Assembly (NCBI GenBank): GCA_018657845.1
Contig: JABHWJ010000033.1
Coordinates: 12,834-76,833 of the forward strand
Length of the DNA: 64,000 nucleotides
Origin: Candidatus Woesearchaeota archaeon
GTDB taxonomy: Archaea > Nanobdellota > Nanobdellia > Woesearchaeales > GW2011-AR9
Direction of reading: 5' to 3'
The notes under the pieces are model-generated. The model searched no databases, was not told where the DNA came from, and was given only the letters and a program-made list of their open reading frames with translations. A program made the translations under genes and the position numbers. This document shows, one piece after another, positions 1 to 9,299 of this stretch. Numbering within the stretch: position 1 is the first letter of the stretch; each line of letters begins with the position of its first letter.

Positions 1-23
1 CAGGATTAGAAGCCAACTATGGC

Positions 24-404
24 ATGACAGAAGAAGAATATTTTAATAGTTTTGATGGTACAGTTTGTGGTGCTAGTAACGTAGATGGGTTGTGTAGCTC
101 TTCTCCAGATGATTCTTGTAATTTCCTTTGTACTCTTAATCTAGATAAACTGAGGTATGAAAGCATAGGCCTTAACTGTGAAGAAGGAAAAGGTTGCTAC
201 TTTGGTTGTGGAGGGGCATTAAACGCCTATAGGTCCACCCCTTGTAGTGTCATGGGTTGCGGAGGATTGTCTGATTTCAATACAGGTTATGGGGTAGTAG
301 CTAATGGTGTTGTCGCCCAACAGCCCCTGTTTCCAGACTTGGTTCCCGGTTTTAATGAGATTGGCCAAGAAGAACTCCAGAAACAATTTGATAAGTATTC
401 TTAA
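24..404 (+). CDS. Cys-rich hypothetical protein, possibly 5'-partial (frame open to window start)
   Basis: 126 aa ORF with 12 Cys and paired CxxC/CGG motifs; no stop between position 3 and the ATG at 24. Confidence 0.35.
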   Translation: MTEEEYFNSFDGTVCGASNVDGLCSSSPDDSCNFLCTLNLDKLRYESIGLNCEEGKGCYFGCGGALNAYRSTPCSVMGCGGLSDFNTGYGVVANGVVAQQPLFPDLVPGFNEIGQEELQKQFDKYS

Positions 405-1117
405 CGCAAATTCCGAGGATGATAAATAGAAACTTTTGTATCACCAGGAACAGAATCTATTGTTAAATAACTTCTTAGAAACTTACAAGCCAAAGTCACA
501 AAATACAAACCCAAACCACTGTCCCTATGTTCTTTGGTAGAAACTCCAAAATCCAAAAATTCTTTTAGCGATCGATCTTGTGGAAAACCAGGTCCATTGT
601 CACTAACTGTAAACTTAACAAATCTATCTGTCTCTTCTTCCATATTAGGAACATAGATTGGATCAGGAACATCTCCTTGGTGTTCAGTAACATCCACTCT
701 TACCTCTTCAGCTCCAGCCCTCCAAGAATTCTTAATCAAATTATGCAATGAAATATAAACAATTGGCAACCGAGTAATTAAGGGATCACTGATTTTTAAA
801 TTATAATGGATTGTCTTATTTTCTTTTCCGGGAATAATCCCTAATCTTCCCAAAATCCAACGAAAGTCATGATTTTTTTCTTTCTTAAAATAACAATTTT
901 CTGTGTATTGGGACATGGCATAAATTCCTCCCAATATATCTCTGATATGGCTAAATTTCTTTCCGATAGTATCTTGACTAAGAAATAAATCTTCATCTGC
1001 ACCTTCGTCCCTCATAAGCGCTTGACTTTTTAAATCATTAACATGAGATAATAACCCATGATTAATCAATCTACCAACACATAATCTCTCATCAAGTGTT
1101 AATAAATTCTTCATCAC
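401..1117 (-). CDS. Soluble histidine-kinase-like protein (HisKA H-box plus HATPase_c)
   Basis: H-box-like 'FSHIRDIL'; ATPase motifs 'SDNGPGFP' (G1) and 'SGLGLYFV' (G2); no TM segments. Confidence 0.55.
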   Translation of the reverse strand: MMKNLLTLDERLCVGRLINHGLLSHVNDLKSQALMRDEGADEDLFLSQDTIGKKFSHIRDILGGIYAMSQYTENCYFKKEKNHDFRWILGRLGIIPGKENKTIHYNLKISDPLITRLPIVYISLHNLIKNSWRAGAEEVRVDVTEHQGDVPDPIYVPNMEEETDRFVKFTVSDNGPGFPQDRSLKEFLDFGVSTKEHRDSGLGLYFVTLACKFLRSYLTIDSVPGDTKVSIYHPRNLR

Positions 1118-1190
1118 TAAATAGTACTAATCAAAATATATAAACTTTTTCCTCAAAACTATTAAATATCTCTTATCTTCCCAAACCCTG

Positions 1191-2171
1191 ATGAAAAAAT
1201 ATCTTTTACTCTCACTACTAATCTTTCTTACCAGTTGTACCCCTAATTTAACCGGCAACACAGTCCTTTCTTTAGTTCAAGACCAAGGAGACATAGAACT
1301 CTACTTCTGCCCTCAAGATGATTGTGAACAAGAACTAACTGATTTCATAGACTCAGCACAAGAAAGTATTCATTGTGCTTTCTTTGAAGTAGACCTAGAT
1401 AAAGTCAGAAACAAACTTTTAGAAAAACAAAAATACTTAGATGTTAAAGTAATAACAGACCAAGATTACCTATACGAATTTGATCATGATTTTGTTAAAG
1501 TAGATTCTTGGGGTTTAATGCATAATAAATTTTGTATTATTGACAATAAAAAAATCTCCACTGGTTCAATGAATCCAACTAACAATGGTGCCCAGAAAAA
1601 CAACAACAATCTTCTTTTCATTAACTCAAATGCTCTTGCCACTAATTACGAAGCAGAATTCCAAGAGATGTGGGCAGGAACCTTCAAAAAAGGAGACCCA
1701 TCACCAAATCCTAATGTAAAACTAAACAATATCACTATTAAAAATTACTTCTGTCCTGAAGAAGCCTGCGCATATAGGGTAAAAGAAGAATTAAAAAAAG
1801 CCAAAGAATCTATTCATTTCATGACTTTCTCATTCACCAACAATGGAATTGCTAATATTCTCTTACTCAAACATCAAGAAGGAATTAAGATCCAGGGCGT
1901 TATGGAAGCCCGACAAGTAACTAAATATTCTAAGTACCAAGTTCTTAAGTATCAAGGAATCGATGTTGTTAAAGATGGTAATAAACAGAATATGCATCAT
2001 AAGGTTTTCATAATAGACAAAGAAACAGTCATCACTGGATCATTTAATCCTACTGGCGGCGGCGATACTAGAAACGATGAGAATATTTTAATTATTTCTG
2101 ATAAGAATATTGCTGAAGAGTTTATGGCTGAGTATAAGAAAGTTAAAGCAGAGTCAAAAGTTAACCAATAA
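1191..2171 (+). CDS. Secreted phospholipase-D/Nuc-family nuclease with two HKD motifs
   Basis: N-terminal signal with lipobox-like 'LTSC'; two HxK(x)4D...GSxN motifs: 'HNKFCIID...GSMNPT' and 'HHKVFIID...GSFNPT'. Confidence 0.75.
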   Translation: MKKYLLLSLLIFLTSCTPNLTGNTVLSLVQDQGDIELYFCPQDDCEQELTDFIDSAQESIHCAFFEVDLDKVRNKLLEKQKYLDVKVITDQDYLYEFDHDFVKVDSWGLMHNKFCIIDNKKISTGSMNPTNNGAQKNNNNLLFINSNALATNYEAEFQEMWAGTFKKGDPSPNPNVKLNNITIKNYFCPEEACAYRVKEELKKAKESIHFMTFSFTNNGIANILLLKHQEGIKIQGVMEARQVTKYSKYQVLKYQGIDVVKDGNKQNMHHKVFIIDKETVITGSFNPTGGGDTRNDENILIISDKNIAEEFMAEYKKVKAESKVNQ

Positions 2172-2195
2172 CCAACCCATTACAAAAATTAACTA

Positions 2196-3164
2196 TTAGG
2201 TTCCATAATCCATTAAACGTTGATGTAATGCTGGGTCCCTGATTGCCTTAAGAGGACCTGTCTTCAACGGCAATTTATTGCCTCTAACAAAAGTATTCTC
2301 ATCAAGATCAACTTCTCCAATTTCTACACCATCATCTAAATAAGCTAACTGTACTTTACTACCAGCAACACCAAGTAAAGTTAACGATGCAATCTCTACG
2401 GGTGTTTGGTAGGGGGCTCGATTAGGTGGATGAACCGTCTCAATCAATAGTTTGCCATTAAAACGTAAATTGCCATCTGGAAAATTTGTTAAGAATGTTG
2501 CGAAAGGATCAACACTATCTGTAACTTTTTCTACAAAAGGAACTGCTTGATATCTAGCCCCAGATTCTTCAGAGAATTCATCAATTTTCTCTCCAATTAA
2601 GGTTGGTTTATCTGGGTCAAATCGGTGGATTGCATTAAACCAACCAGAACCATGACCAAAACCTCTTTTATATTCGACTAAAGCATAAATCTCTCCTTTT
2701 GCTCCATAAAAAATATTCCTAATCCCTTCAAATACGGGGGGTGCTTTTTCTCTATCCCGATGTTCTAATAAGTTTTCACTTTTATCAAAATTAAACAGAT
2801 CATGAGGAGGCCCATCATTTAAAACCAACTTCTGCATCACTTTATATCCTTTAGTTCCAAAAAGAAACAATTCTCCTCGAACATTAAATATTTTTGCCAT
2901 GTGGGGGATTTGAGACGTTCTGCCAGAGAAAACAGAATGAATTATATGGGGGTCAGTAAAGTAGATATCATTGTTGCCTACTGTAAGGTCACCACCGCTG
3001 CCACAACCAAGTTCTTTTACTTGTTCAGTTTCCATGTCAAAATATTGTATTTCTCTTGAACCAACAAGTAATCCTTTTACAGAAACTTTAACTAGCTGTT
3101 CAAGCGGTAATTTCACATCAATTGGTATTTCTGGACTATCAGTTGTATCTGTCATTCTATTCAA
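2196..3164 (-). CDS. Hypothetical protein (322 aa) lying between the PLD gene and a PLD remnant
   Basis: Long ORF with no recognisable motifs and locally higher GC than its surroundings. Confidence 0.5.
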   Translation of the reverse strand: MNRMTDTTDSPEIPIDVKLPLEQLVKVSVKGLLVGSREIQYFDMETEQVKELGCGSGGDLTVGNNDIYFTDPHIIHSVFSGRTSQIPHMAKIFNVRGELFLFGTKGYKVMQKLVLNDGPPHDLFNFDKSENLLEHRDREKAPPVFEGIRNIFYGAKGEIYALVEYKRGFGHGSGWFNAIHRFDPDKPTLIGEKIDEFSEESGARYQAVPFVEKVTDSVDPFATFLTNFPDGNLRFNGKLLIETVHPPNRAPYQTPVEIASLTLLGVAGSKVQLAYLDDGVEIGEVDLDENTFVRGNKLPLKTGPLKAIRDPALHQRLMDYGT

Positions 3165-3167
3165 TAA

Positions 3168-3463
3168 TCAGAACAATTATTTAATCTTTGCGGAATAACT
3201 CATTCCAGAAGCTGGTTTCTCTTTTCAAGATTCCTAGCAAATGGTAAAAAAGTAACTGGGGCTAAGAGTTTTAATTCTAACAAATGCTTCATCATAGATC
3301 AAGAAACCATAATAACTGGTTCCATGAACCCCACTGGCGGTGGAGACACCCGTAACGATGAAAACATCCTAATCATCAAAGATAAAGATCTCGCTGAGAA
3401 GTTTATGGAAGAGTTTGAGAAAGTTTATGCGGAAGCAAAAGAATTTAACAAGATGAAATAATC
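3168..3463 (+). pseudogene. Remnant of a second PLD/Nuc-family gene: C-terminal HKD region with the His lost and no start codon
   Basis: The open frame translates to '...FNSNKCFIIDQETIITGSMNPTGGGDTRNDENILIIKDKDLAEKFMEEFEKVYAEAKEFNKMK*'. This is near-identical to the C-terminus of the 1191..2171 product ('HHKVFIIDKETVITGSFNPTGGGDTRNDENILIISDKNIAEEFMAEYKK'). The His of HxK is replaced (SNK). A stop lies at 3165-3167 and there is no in-frame Met before the conserved block. Confidence 0.55.
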
Positions 3464-3467
3464 ACCT

Positions 3468-6400
3468 TCAACCAACAATAAAGAATTGTTTATATGTGTA
3501 ATTATAAGGAGAATAAGAGAACTCGTATTCTTTTAACAAAACTTTCCTTGGATAATTTCTTTCAGTAATGATGGCTTGGATACTACCACGATTAGAATGG
3601 ATTGTTCCTTCCATAGGTATTAACAAAGAATCGTATTTTAGTTTCTTTATCATCTTTTCAGAGTATTTAATAATCTGATCATACAAATGTACTGGAGAAA
3701 CTTCACTTAAAATAGTGGAATTAGGTTGGATGGACGCAATTAGATATTTTTTTCCTGCCTCTTCAATAGTTCTATAAATTACCCCTCCACAAGCCTTAAA
3801 ATTATTGTCCCAGATAATCAATTGCCAGAAATCTGTCATGTTCCACAATTTATTATCTGAAGCTACACAAACTCCAAAATTATACATTGCTACAGAATGA
3901 GGGCGCTTTTTACTTAACATAAAAAGATATTTAGCACCACCCTTACCAGAAGATTGGTGGGAATGTTCAAATTTATTCATCTGTTTATGCATCTGGTTGT
4001 AATCTTCTCCTGTTAATTCTGAGAAAATATCGCTGATTAATTTCTTACTGATAGTTCCAGCTCCCTGTTGCTTTAACCAAACCTCAACATCTTGCCATTT
4101 AGATACTTGCCAATCTATTTTCTCAGCATAGAATCCATTCTTTTCCAGAATTAATTTTATTCTTACTTCTTTATCTTTCTTTTCAGACATCCATAAACCA
4201 AACAAGGTTTTAGCTAAACCAGCATACTTTTTTGGTTTCTTTACTTTTTCAATCAGTTGAGAGAACTTAACTTTATTCTTTTGGTAAGCAGTATCAATTA
4301 AAGTGGTAATCAAATCATTTTTTAATCTGTCACCCATCCATTCTTTATATTTCATTAAAGTTGAATGTTCAGCGTTAAATTCTGGCAAACCAGTTCCCGT
4401 GTTTACAGAATATTGATAAATTAAAGTTAAGAATGCTTTTCTTCTTTTCTTCAAAGTTTTGTTAGTAAAACTGGAAAGTAAAGCTAAACCTAATTTTTCT
4501 GGAATTAATGCTTTTTGGGGTTTAGAATTTATTTCGCTCACTGCTTCAATTAACATTTTCCAGGATTCATCGTTTAATTCTTCACCCGATTTTAAGGCAT
4601 AGCCTCCTCGAGAAATTTTTACTTCTTCTGGAGATATTTTATTTAGAACTTTTGGAATATCTATTTGTCTATCAGTTCTATTGTCATAAATTAGTTCATA
4701 TCTTCTCCTAGGGACAGTTAATTCTGGAGAGAAAACAGAATACAACATCCCAATGAGAAGTTTTGAGTCATATTCTTTTGTTAGCACTCCATTAAAAATA
4801 TCTTTTTGGATAGTTTTTAATTCTTTAAACATCCTTTCTAGATGAAGATGTTTCTCAGGATGATCTGAGGCCATAATTATTTTATATTCTTTATACACTT
4901 CAATTAAATCAACAGTTGAATTTTTTAAGAAAGGAATTAAATATTCTTTTTCTTTGCTTAAAGGAGTAGCAATGATATTTTCTTTAATTCCATTAACTAA
5001 TATATGTTGAAGAAAATCATGAGCTTTAAATTTACGTTCACTTAGAATTTTAATCAAAATTTTAATATCATCTTCTGTTTGAATCACTTGAGAGATTTCC
5101 CCATAACTTTCGAAACATAAAAATGAAGCAATTTTTTGACTTTTTAATGTTGGAAAAATCAAAAGATCAAATAGATCAATACCAAAATGATTGAGTAAGG
5201 GTTCTAACTTTCTTAAAGAATCATAAGTTTTTTCTTCATTACCATTGCAATAATCTTTAATTTTTGGAAAATTTTCAATTAAATAGGACCAGGATGCAGG
5301 ATCTTTTTCCAGTAGATATCTTAATGTAGAAATACCAGAGAAGAAAATATCCGGTATGTTTTTTTCTGCAGCTTGAGTCATTTTACAAACACCATAAACT
5401 ACTTGCGCCCAAGAAAGGATTCCTTTTTCTATTAAATTTTTAAATGAAGGAAGACCATAAAGTAAAATGGTATGGATAGTATACATGTTTTTTTCTGCAG
5501 CTTGAGCAATTTTACAATATCCATCAACTATTTGCTCCCAAGAAAGGATTCTTTTTTCTAATAATTCTTTTAATGAATTACTTGAATGAAAACCATCCTT
5601 AAAGATAACTTCTGCACCTTCTCCAGCAGCTTGAGCAATTTTAGGCAAGTCGTTAACTACTTGCTCCCAAGAAAGAATTCTTTTTGAAAAGATTCCTCTT
5701 TCTAGTAAAGCTTTATTAGAAAAAATCCCTTTTTCTAGTAAATCTTTAACTGAAAGAAGACCGCGCTTGAACATAGCTTCTGCATTTTTCCCAGCAGCTT
5801 GAGCCATTTCATTCAAATCATTCGGGTGCTGGGCTAAAAACCGAACATATTCTGGATATTCTTTTAATGGGAATTCCCACTTTTGAGTATAGCCCGTTTT
5901 ATATTTTTCAGGCAGCGCTTTATACTTCTTTAAAATTGCCATCCCCTCTTCTACTAAATTCTCTCTATCTTCTTCAGGCAGTCTTTTAATTACTTTCTGT
6001 GCTTTCTTCAAACTCACTTCTAAAGCCCGAATCCATTTCTCAACATCTTGAACTTGTTCTTCAATCTGTTTGATTAATTGCAAGAAAGCAGCATGGATTT
6101 TTTCTGCTTTTTCAGGATTATCTTTTTTTATTTTTTCTTCTAATTTTGCTTCGATGGTTGCTTTATCCAATTCTTCTTCTAATAAACCATTGTAGAAACT
6201 AGCATATTTTACTAGGTGGGCATGTTCAATCTCTAACTCCTTAGCAATTTCACGAATAAAATGAATAATTTGTTTTAAATGAAAATCTTTTTTTAAATGC
6301 CCTTCCATTTGTTGATGTACTTTTTCTATTTCTTCTTGATAAGTTTCTTCGAATTCTTCTCTAAATCTTTCTTCAAAACGATCGGCTCTTCTTTCTGCTC

Positions 6401-6578
6401 GGCCGATATAATGAACAAGGTGTACTGCTTTACGAAGTTTTTTCCGGTCAGCGTCTTTTTCCTTTTCAATCTCTTCTAATTTATTATATAATTCTTTGAC
6501 ATACTTATATTCAGCAGCCGCCCAATCAATAGCAAGAATCAAATCTTTACTCAACTCTTTTTTTGTAAACATAATCAA
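3468..6578 (-). CDS. Large (1036 aa) coiled-coil/repeat protein of unknown function
   Basis: Highly charged coiled-coil N-terminus. Internal ~40-aa tandem repeats ('...KIAQAAG/EKNAE..F..G..S...LLEKxILSWEQVV...', at least 4 copies). Nucleotide-level tandem repeat at 5361..5840. Confidence 0.6.
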   Translation of the reverse strand: MIMFTKKELSKDLILAIDWAAAEYKYVKELYNKLEEIEKEKDADRKKLRKAVHLVHYIGRAERRADRFEERFREEFEETYQEEIEKVHQQMEGHLKKDFHLKQIIHFIREIAKELEIEHAHLVKYASFYNGLLEEELDKATIEAKLEEKIKKDNPEKAEKIHAAFLQLIKQIEEQVQDVEKWIRALEVSLKKAQKVIKRLPEEDRENLVEEGMAILKKYKALPEKYKTGYTQKWEFPLKEYPEYVRFLAQHPNDLNEMAQAAGKNAEAMFKRGLLSVKDLLEKGIFSNKALLERGIFSKRILSWEQVVNDLPKIAQAAGEGAEVIFKDGFHSSNSLKELLEKRILSWEQIVDGYCKIAQAAEKNMYTIHTILLYGLPSFKNLIEKGILSWAQVVYGVCKMTQAAEKNIPDIFFSGISTLRYLLEKDPASWSYLIENFPKIKDYCNGNEEKTYDSLRKLEPLLNHFGIDLFDLLIFPTLKSQKIASFLCFESYGEISQVIQTEDDIKILIKILSERKFKAHDFLQHILVNGIKENIIATPLSKEKEYLIPFLKNSTVDLIEVYKEYKIIMASDHPEKHLHLERMFKELKTIQKDIFNGVLTKEYDSKLLIGMLYSVFSPELTVPRRRYELIYDNRTDRQIDIPKVLNKISPEEVKISRGGYALKSGEELNDESWKMLIEAVSEINSKPQKALIPEKLGLALLSSFTNKTLKKRRKAFLTLIYQYSVNTGTGLPEFNAEHSTLMKYKEWMGDRLKNDLITTLIDTAYQKNKVKFSQLIEKVKKPKKYAGLAKTLFGLWMSEKKDKEVRIKLILEKNGFYAEKIDWQVSKWQDVEVWLKQQGAGTISKKLISDIFSELTGEDYNQMHKQMNKFEHSHQSSGKGGAKYLFMLSKKRPHSVAMYNFGVCVASDNKLWNMTDFWQLIIWDNNFKACGGVIYRTIEEAGKKYLIASIQPNSTILSEVSPVHLYDQIIKYSEKMIKKLKYDSLLIPMEGTIHSNRGSIQAIITERNYPRKVLLKEYEFSYSPYNYTYKQFFIVG
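5361..5840. repeat. Imperfect ~125-170 bp tandem repeats (about 3.5 copies) inside the 1036-aa gene
   Basis: Recurring blocks 'tttttctgcagcttgagNcattttacaa...actacttgcNcccaagaaaggattcNtttttcta' read directly in the sequence. They are in-frame protein repeats, not CRISPR (no unique spacers). Confidence 0.6.
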
Positions 6579-6683
6579 TAAAGAAACAATAAAGTATTAA
6601 ATACTTTTCTTTAATCTAAAACTGTCGACAAGGGTATGGAAGAATTTCAATTAGTTAGAAAAGAAGCAGAAAATAAAGTACTT

Positions 6684-7049
6684 TCATAATTCATACCATT
6701 TATCTAATTCTTCCTGAAACTTTAAAGCAGGAATATTTGAAGATAAGTAACCAACTCTTTCCCCCTGATCATAAGCGATAACAAAAGGGACACAATAGAC
6801 ATCTTCTTTACGAAAGATACTAAATAATCCCTCATTTTTATTATCTAAATAAACAGCATCAATTTCAAATAAAGATAATATCTCCTTCAAATCTGGATCA
6901 TCAACAAGATTTCCAATAAATGAGGTACAACAATCAACATTATCTTGTAGAACAAAAGCTAAAGTTCTTCCTTCACGAACAGATCTTCTAAATTCCTTTT
7001 CAGAATTAACGATGGTACATAATTTTTCGGCACCTTTAATAACAGTCAT
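6684..7049 (-). CDS. Thioredoxin-fold-like small protein
   Basis: 121 aa; 'VDCCTS' followed by a Trx-like C-terminal 'VPFVIAYDQGERVGYL' pattern; overlaps the downstream GNAT gene by 4 nt. Confidence 0.4.
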   Translation of the reverse strand: MTVIKGAEKLCTIVNSEKEFRRSVREGRTLAFVLQDNVDCCTSFIGNLVDDPDLKEILSLFEIDAVYLDNKNEGLFSIFRKEDVYCVPFVIAYDQGERVGYLSSNIPALKFQEELDKWYEL

Positions 7050-7492
7050 TTTAAACTAATCCCCCAATAGGCCCCATAAATATTTTCAAATTTATTTCTC
7101 TTAACCAAATCCAGCCCTTCTGTTGTAACCGGGTTACAAAGCAAATATTCAAATCCTTGTTTTTTAGAATTTCTTAATACTTCACTTAATACGGCACTAC
7201 CAATCCCTTTATTTCTTTTGTATACAGGTAATTCCATATTTAACAAATAAATAAGTTTATCTGGAGAAGACATTCTTCCCCCTTTCCAAAGAGTGTTAAT
7301 TACATTAATATTTTTCATCAAAGAAGTATTATTTTGAGAAGTTACAGAACCCAACAACACTTCCAAATTATCTTCCCCACAAGTTCTCCAAACAGTTCCA
7401 AACGCTAAATCAAATTGAAATTGGCTATATTTTGGCATAGTTTGTACTAAACAATCACCAAAATACCTAATCTCCATTCCCAAATCTTCCAT
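7046..7492 (-). CDS. GNAT-family N-acetyltransferase
   Basis: Acetyl-CoA-binding motif A 'VYKRNKGIGSAVLSEVL' (R/Q-x-x-G-x-G/A). Confidence 0.6.
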   Translation of the reverse strand: MEDLGMEIRYFGDCLVQTMPKYSQFQFDLAFGTVWRTCGEDNLEVLLGSVTSQNNTSLMKNINVINTLWKGGRMSSPDKLIYLLNMELPVYKRNKGIGSAVLSEVLRNSKKQGFEYLLCNPVTTEGLDLVKRNKFENIYGAYWGISLK

Positions 7493-7550
7493 ATTCTTAT
7501 TTGAAATGGTCTGGTTTATATTATTTTTTATATTTTAAAGAAAAAACAAC

Positions 7551-7823
7551 TTATTTACGTAGCTCATCAATAAAACGACCGCAACAAGTTATATAATCAA
7601 CATACACAGAAAAATAAATAGATGGTTCTGAAAAATCTCTTTGTATGTGGGTCATGATAGCAGTATGTGGAGTTACCCCTGCCACCATTTCTAAAGTCAT
7701 ATCACAACCCAAATGCTGAGGATCTATTCTTTTTTCATCAATTAAATCAAACATAAAGATCAATTGTTCCCTATTGATATATTCTGGAATTCCATGTTTT
7801 TCCATTAACTTTTTCAAAATCAT
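7551..7823 (-). CDS. Hypothetical 90-aa protein immediately upstream of the GNAT gene
   Basis: ORF only; its position matches an antitoxin-like partner, but no RHH or HTH motif was recognised. Confidence 0.4.
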   Translation of the reverse strand: MILKKLMEKHGIPEYINREQLIFMFDLIDEKRIDPQHLGCDMTLEMVAGVTPHTAIMTHIQRDFSEPSIYFSVYVDYITCCGRFIDELRK

Positions 7824-7858
7824 CCTTAAAATTCTAGAATTTATCGTTTTTATAAATA

Positions 7859-8791
7859 TTACCCTAAATTATCTAGGATATCATGGGCATTAGAAGAACT
7901 CAAGTACTTTCCAATTTCTTTATTTTCTGCCCTTAACAAAAACGAGGCCTTCAAAGAACTCTTCTCAGCATTACTAACTCTAGCGAACCTATCTGCTAAC
8001 ATCAGCCCATATGGATAACCTAAAAACACCGCATCCCTACTATTCTCCACTAAATAAGGCAAAACCTCCAAATTACCTTCAAACCTAAATACATGTTTTG
8101 CTAATGGGTGTAATTTAACAAAAGAAGTTTTATTATCAACAAAATAACTCCAACATCCAGGAGGACAAAGTTTATTCAATAAAATCATTGGATTATTCCC
8201 AGAAACCGTAAACAGCGAACAGCTTTTAGCTAAAGCACAAACTCCAGCACTTAACTTTCCTAAATATTTTTCTTCATTCCGATAACTTTTCTCTAAAGTT
8301 CCATCAAGAACAATAAAATTTGCCTCTATTGAAGAACCTAAACTCAATTCTGCAAATCTTCTAGCTATATTAGCTACTTTAGAAACAGAAGCCCTTTCTA
8401 CCCCTTTCTTAATTGTTATATCATTGGAAGATATTAACAAATCCTTCTCATCAATTGCCCGATCTCCATAAATTTTACTCTGATAAAATAATTCTCCTTC
8501 AATCCACTTTGCTCGAGTAAACAAATAGAATTCCTTTTTATAAGAATTTAATTTCTCTTGACCTTTAAATACCTGGGCAAAGATTCTAATGAAACTTAAA
8601 CAAAAGTTTCCGGTAGAAATAACCTCTGTCTGCCCTCCATCAACAAAAGCAACAGTTTTCTCCCCTTCTTTATCGTTAATTCCCTTAAAACCTTTATTCA
8701 ATTCAATAGTTCTCCCATTAAAGATAATCTTATCTTCAGAAGAAAAGCTATTCAGAACTTCCTTTATTTCCTTAGAGATTTGTTCAATCAT
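7859..8791 (-). CDS. NurA-like (RNase-H-fold) nuclease candidate
   Basis: Two hydrophobic-DG motifs, 'VAFVDGGQTEV' (~aa 50) and 'FIVLDGTLEKS' (~aa 160), spaced as in NurA catalytic motifs I and III; 310 aa; first gene of a 4-gene minus-strand operon. Confidence 0.4.
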   Translation of the reverse strand: MIEQISKEIKEVLNSFSSEDKIIFNGRTIELNKGFKGINDKEGEKTVAFVDGGQTEVISTGNFCLSFIRIFAQVFKGQEKLNSYKKEFYLFTRAKWIEGELFYQSKIYGDRAIDEKDLLISSNDITIKKGVERASVSKVANIARRFAELSLGSSIEANFIVLDGTLEKSYRNEEKYLGKLSAGVCALAKSCSLFTVSGNNPMILLNKLCPPGCWSYFVDNKTSFVKLHPLAKHVFRFEGNLEVLPYLVENSRDAVFLGYPYGLMLADRFARVSNAEKSSLKASFLLRAENKEIGKYLSSSNAHDILDNLG

Positions 8792-8852
8792 ATTATCTTT
8801 AAAGAACTAAATTCATTAAAAACATTTATGTGTTTAAAGATATAAAATCAGA

Positions 8853-9293
8853 TCATCTTTTTCTTTTGGCGTTTTTTTTAATAGTAGAATGATAAAGTCT
8901 TCTTGCTTCGTGTAATTGAACCACTCCATCTCCATTAATATCTGCATCTCTAAAGACTTTCTGATAACTTTTAGGATTAATTTTAAATTGATTCTTGCTC
9001 GATAAAAAATAATCTCCTTTTTTTGTTTTCCTTACTTTAATCTTCCCCGAATTTATTCCTTCGATCGTTCTCAAAATTCGCTTAACACTACTTTGGTTAT
9101 ACTGGTATGGTTTATATTTAGAAGGTCTTTCATTATTTTCTTGAACAGAATCATTTAAATTTTCTTCCCTAGGAAGTAAAGTATTATAATAATCACTAAT
9201 TGTCTTTTCTAGTCTTGAACACCCACCCATATTCGTAACCAAGATTACTGGAACCATATAAATTCCCACTTTATTAACCAATTTGTCTAACAT
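8853..9293 (-). CDS. Secreted or lipoprotein-like protein with an EF-hand/dockerin-type Ca-binding loop
   Basis: N-terminal hydrophobic segment ending 'NMGGCS'; 'DADINGDGVVQLHE' matches DxDxDG Ca-binding loops; Lys-rich C-terminus. Confidence 0.45.
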   Translation of the reverse strand: MLDKLVNKVGIYMVPVILVTNMGGCSRLEKTISDYYNTLLPREENLNDSVQENNERPSKYKPYQYNQSSVKRILRTIEGINSGKIKVRKTKKGDYFLSSKNQFKINPKSYQKVFRDADINGDGVVQLHEARRLYHSTIKKNAKRKR

Positions 9294-9299
9294 TTGAAC

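Noticed and set aside
2971-3198. 75-aa plus-strand ORF
   Set aside because: It is embedded antisense in the longer 2196..3164 gene. The real plus-strand feature nearby is the PLD remnant in a different frame.
5361-5840. Possible CRISPR array suggested by regular repeats
   Set aside because: The repeats are long (>120 bp), imperfect, have no unique spacers and are in-frame within a protein-coding gene. They are protein tandem repeats.
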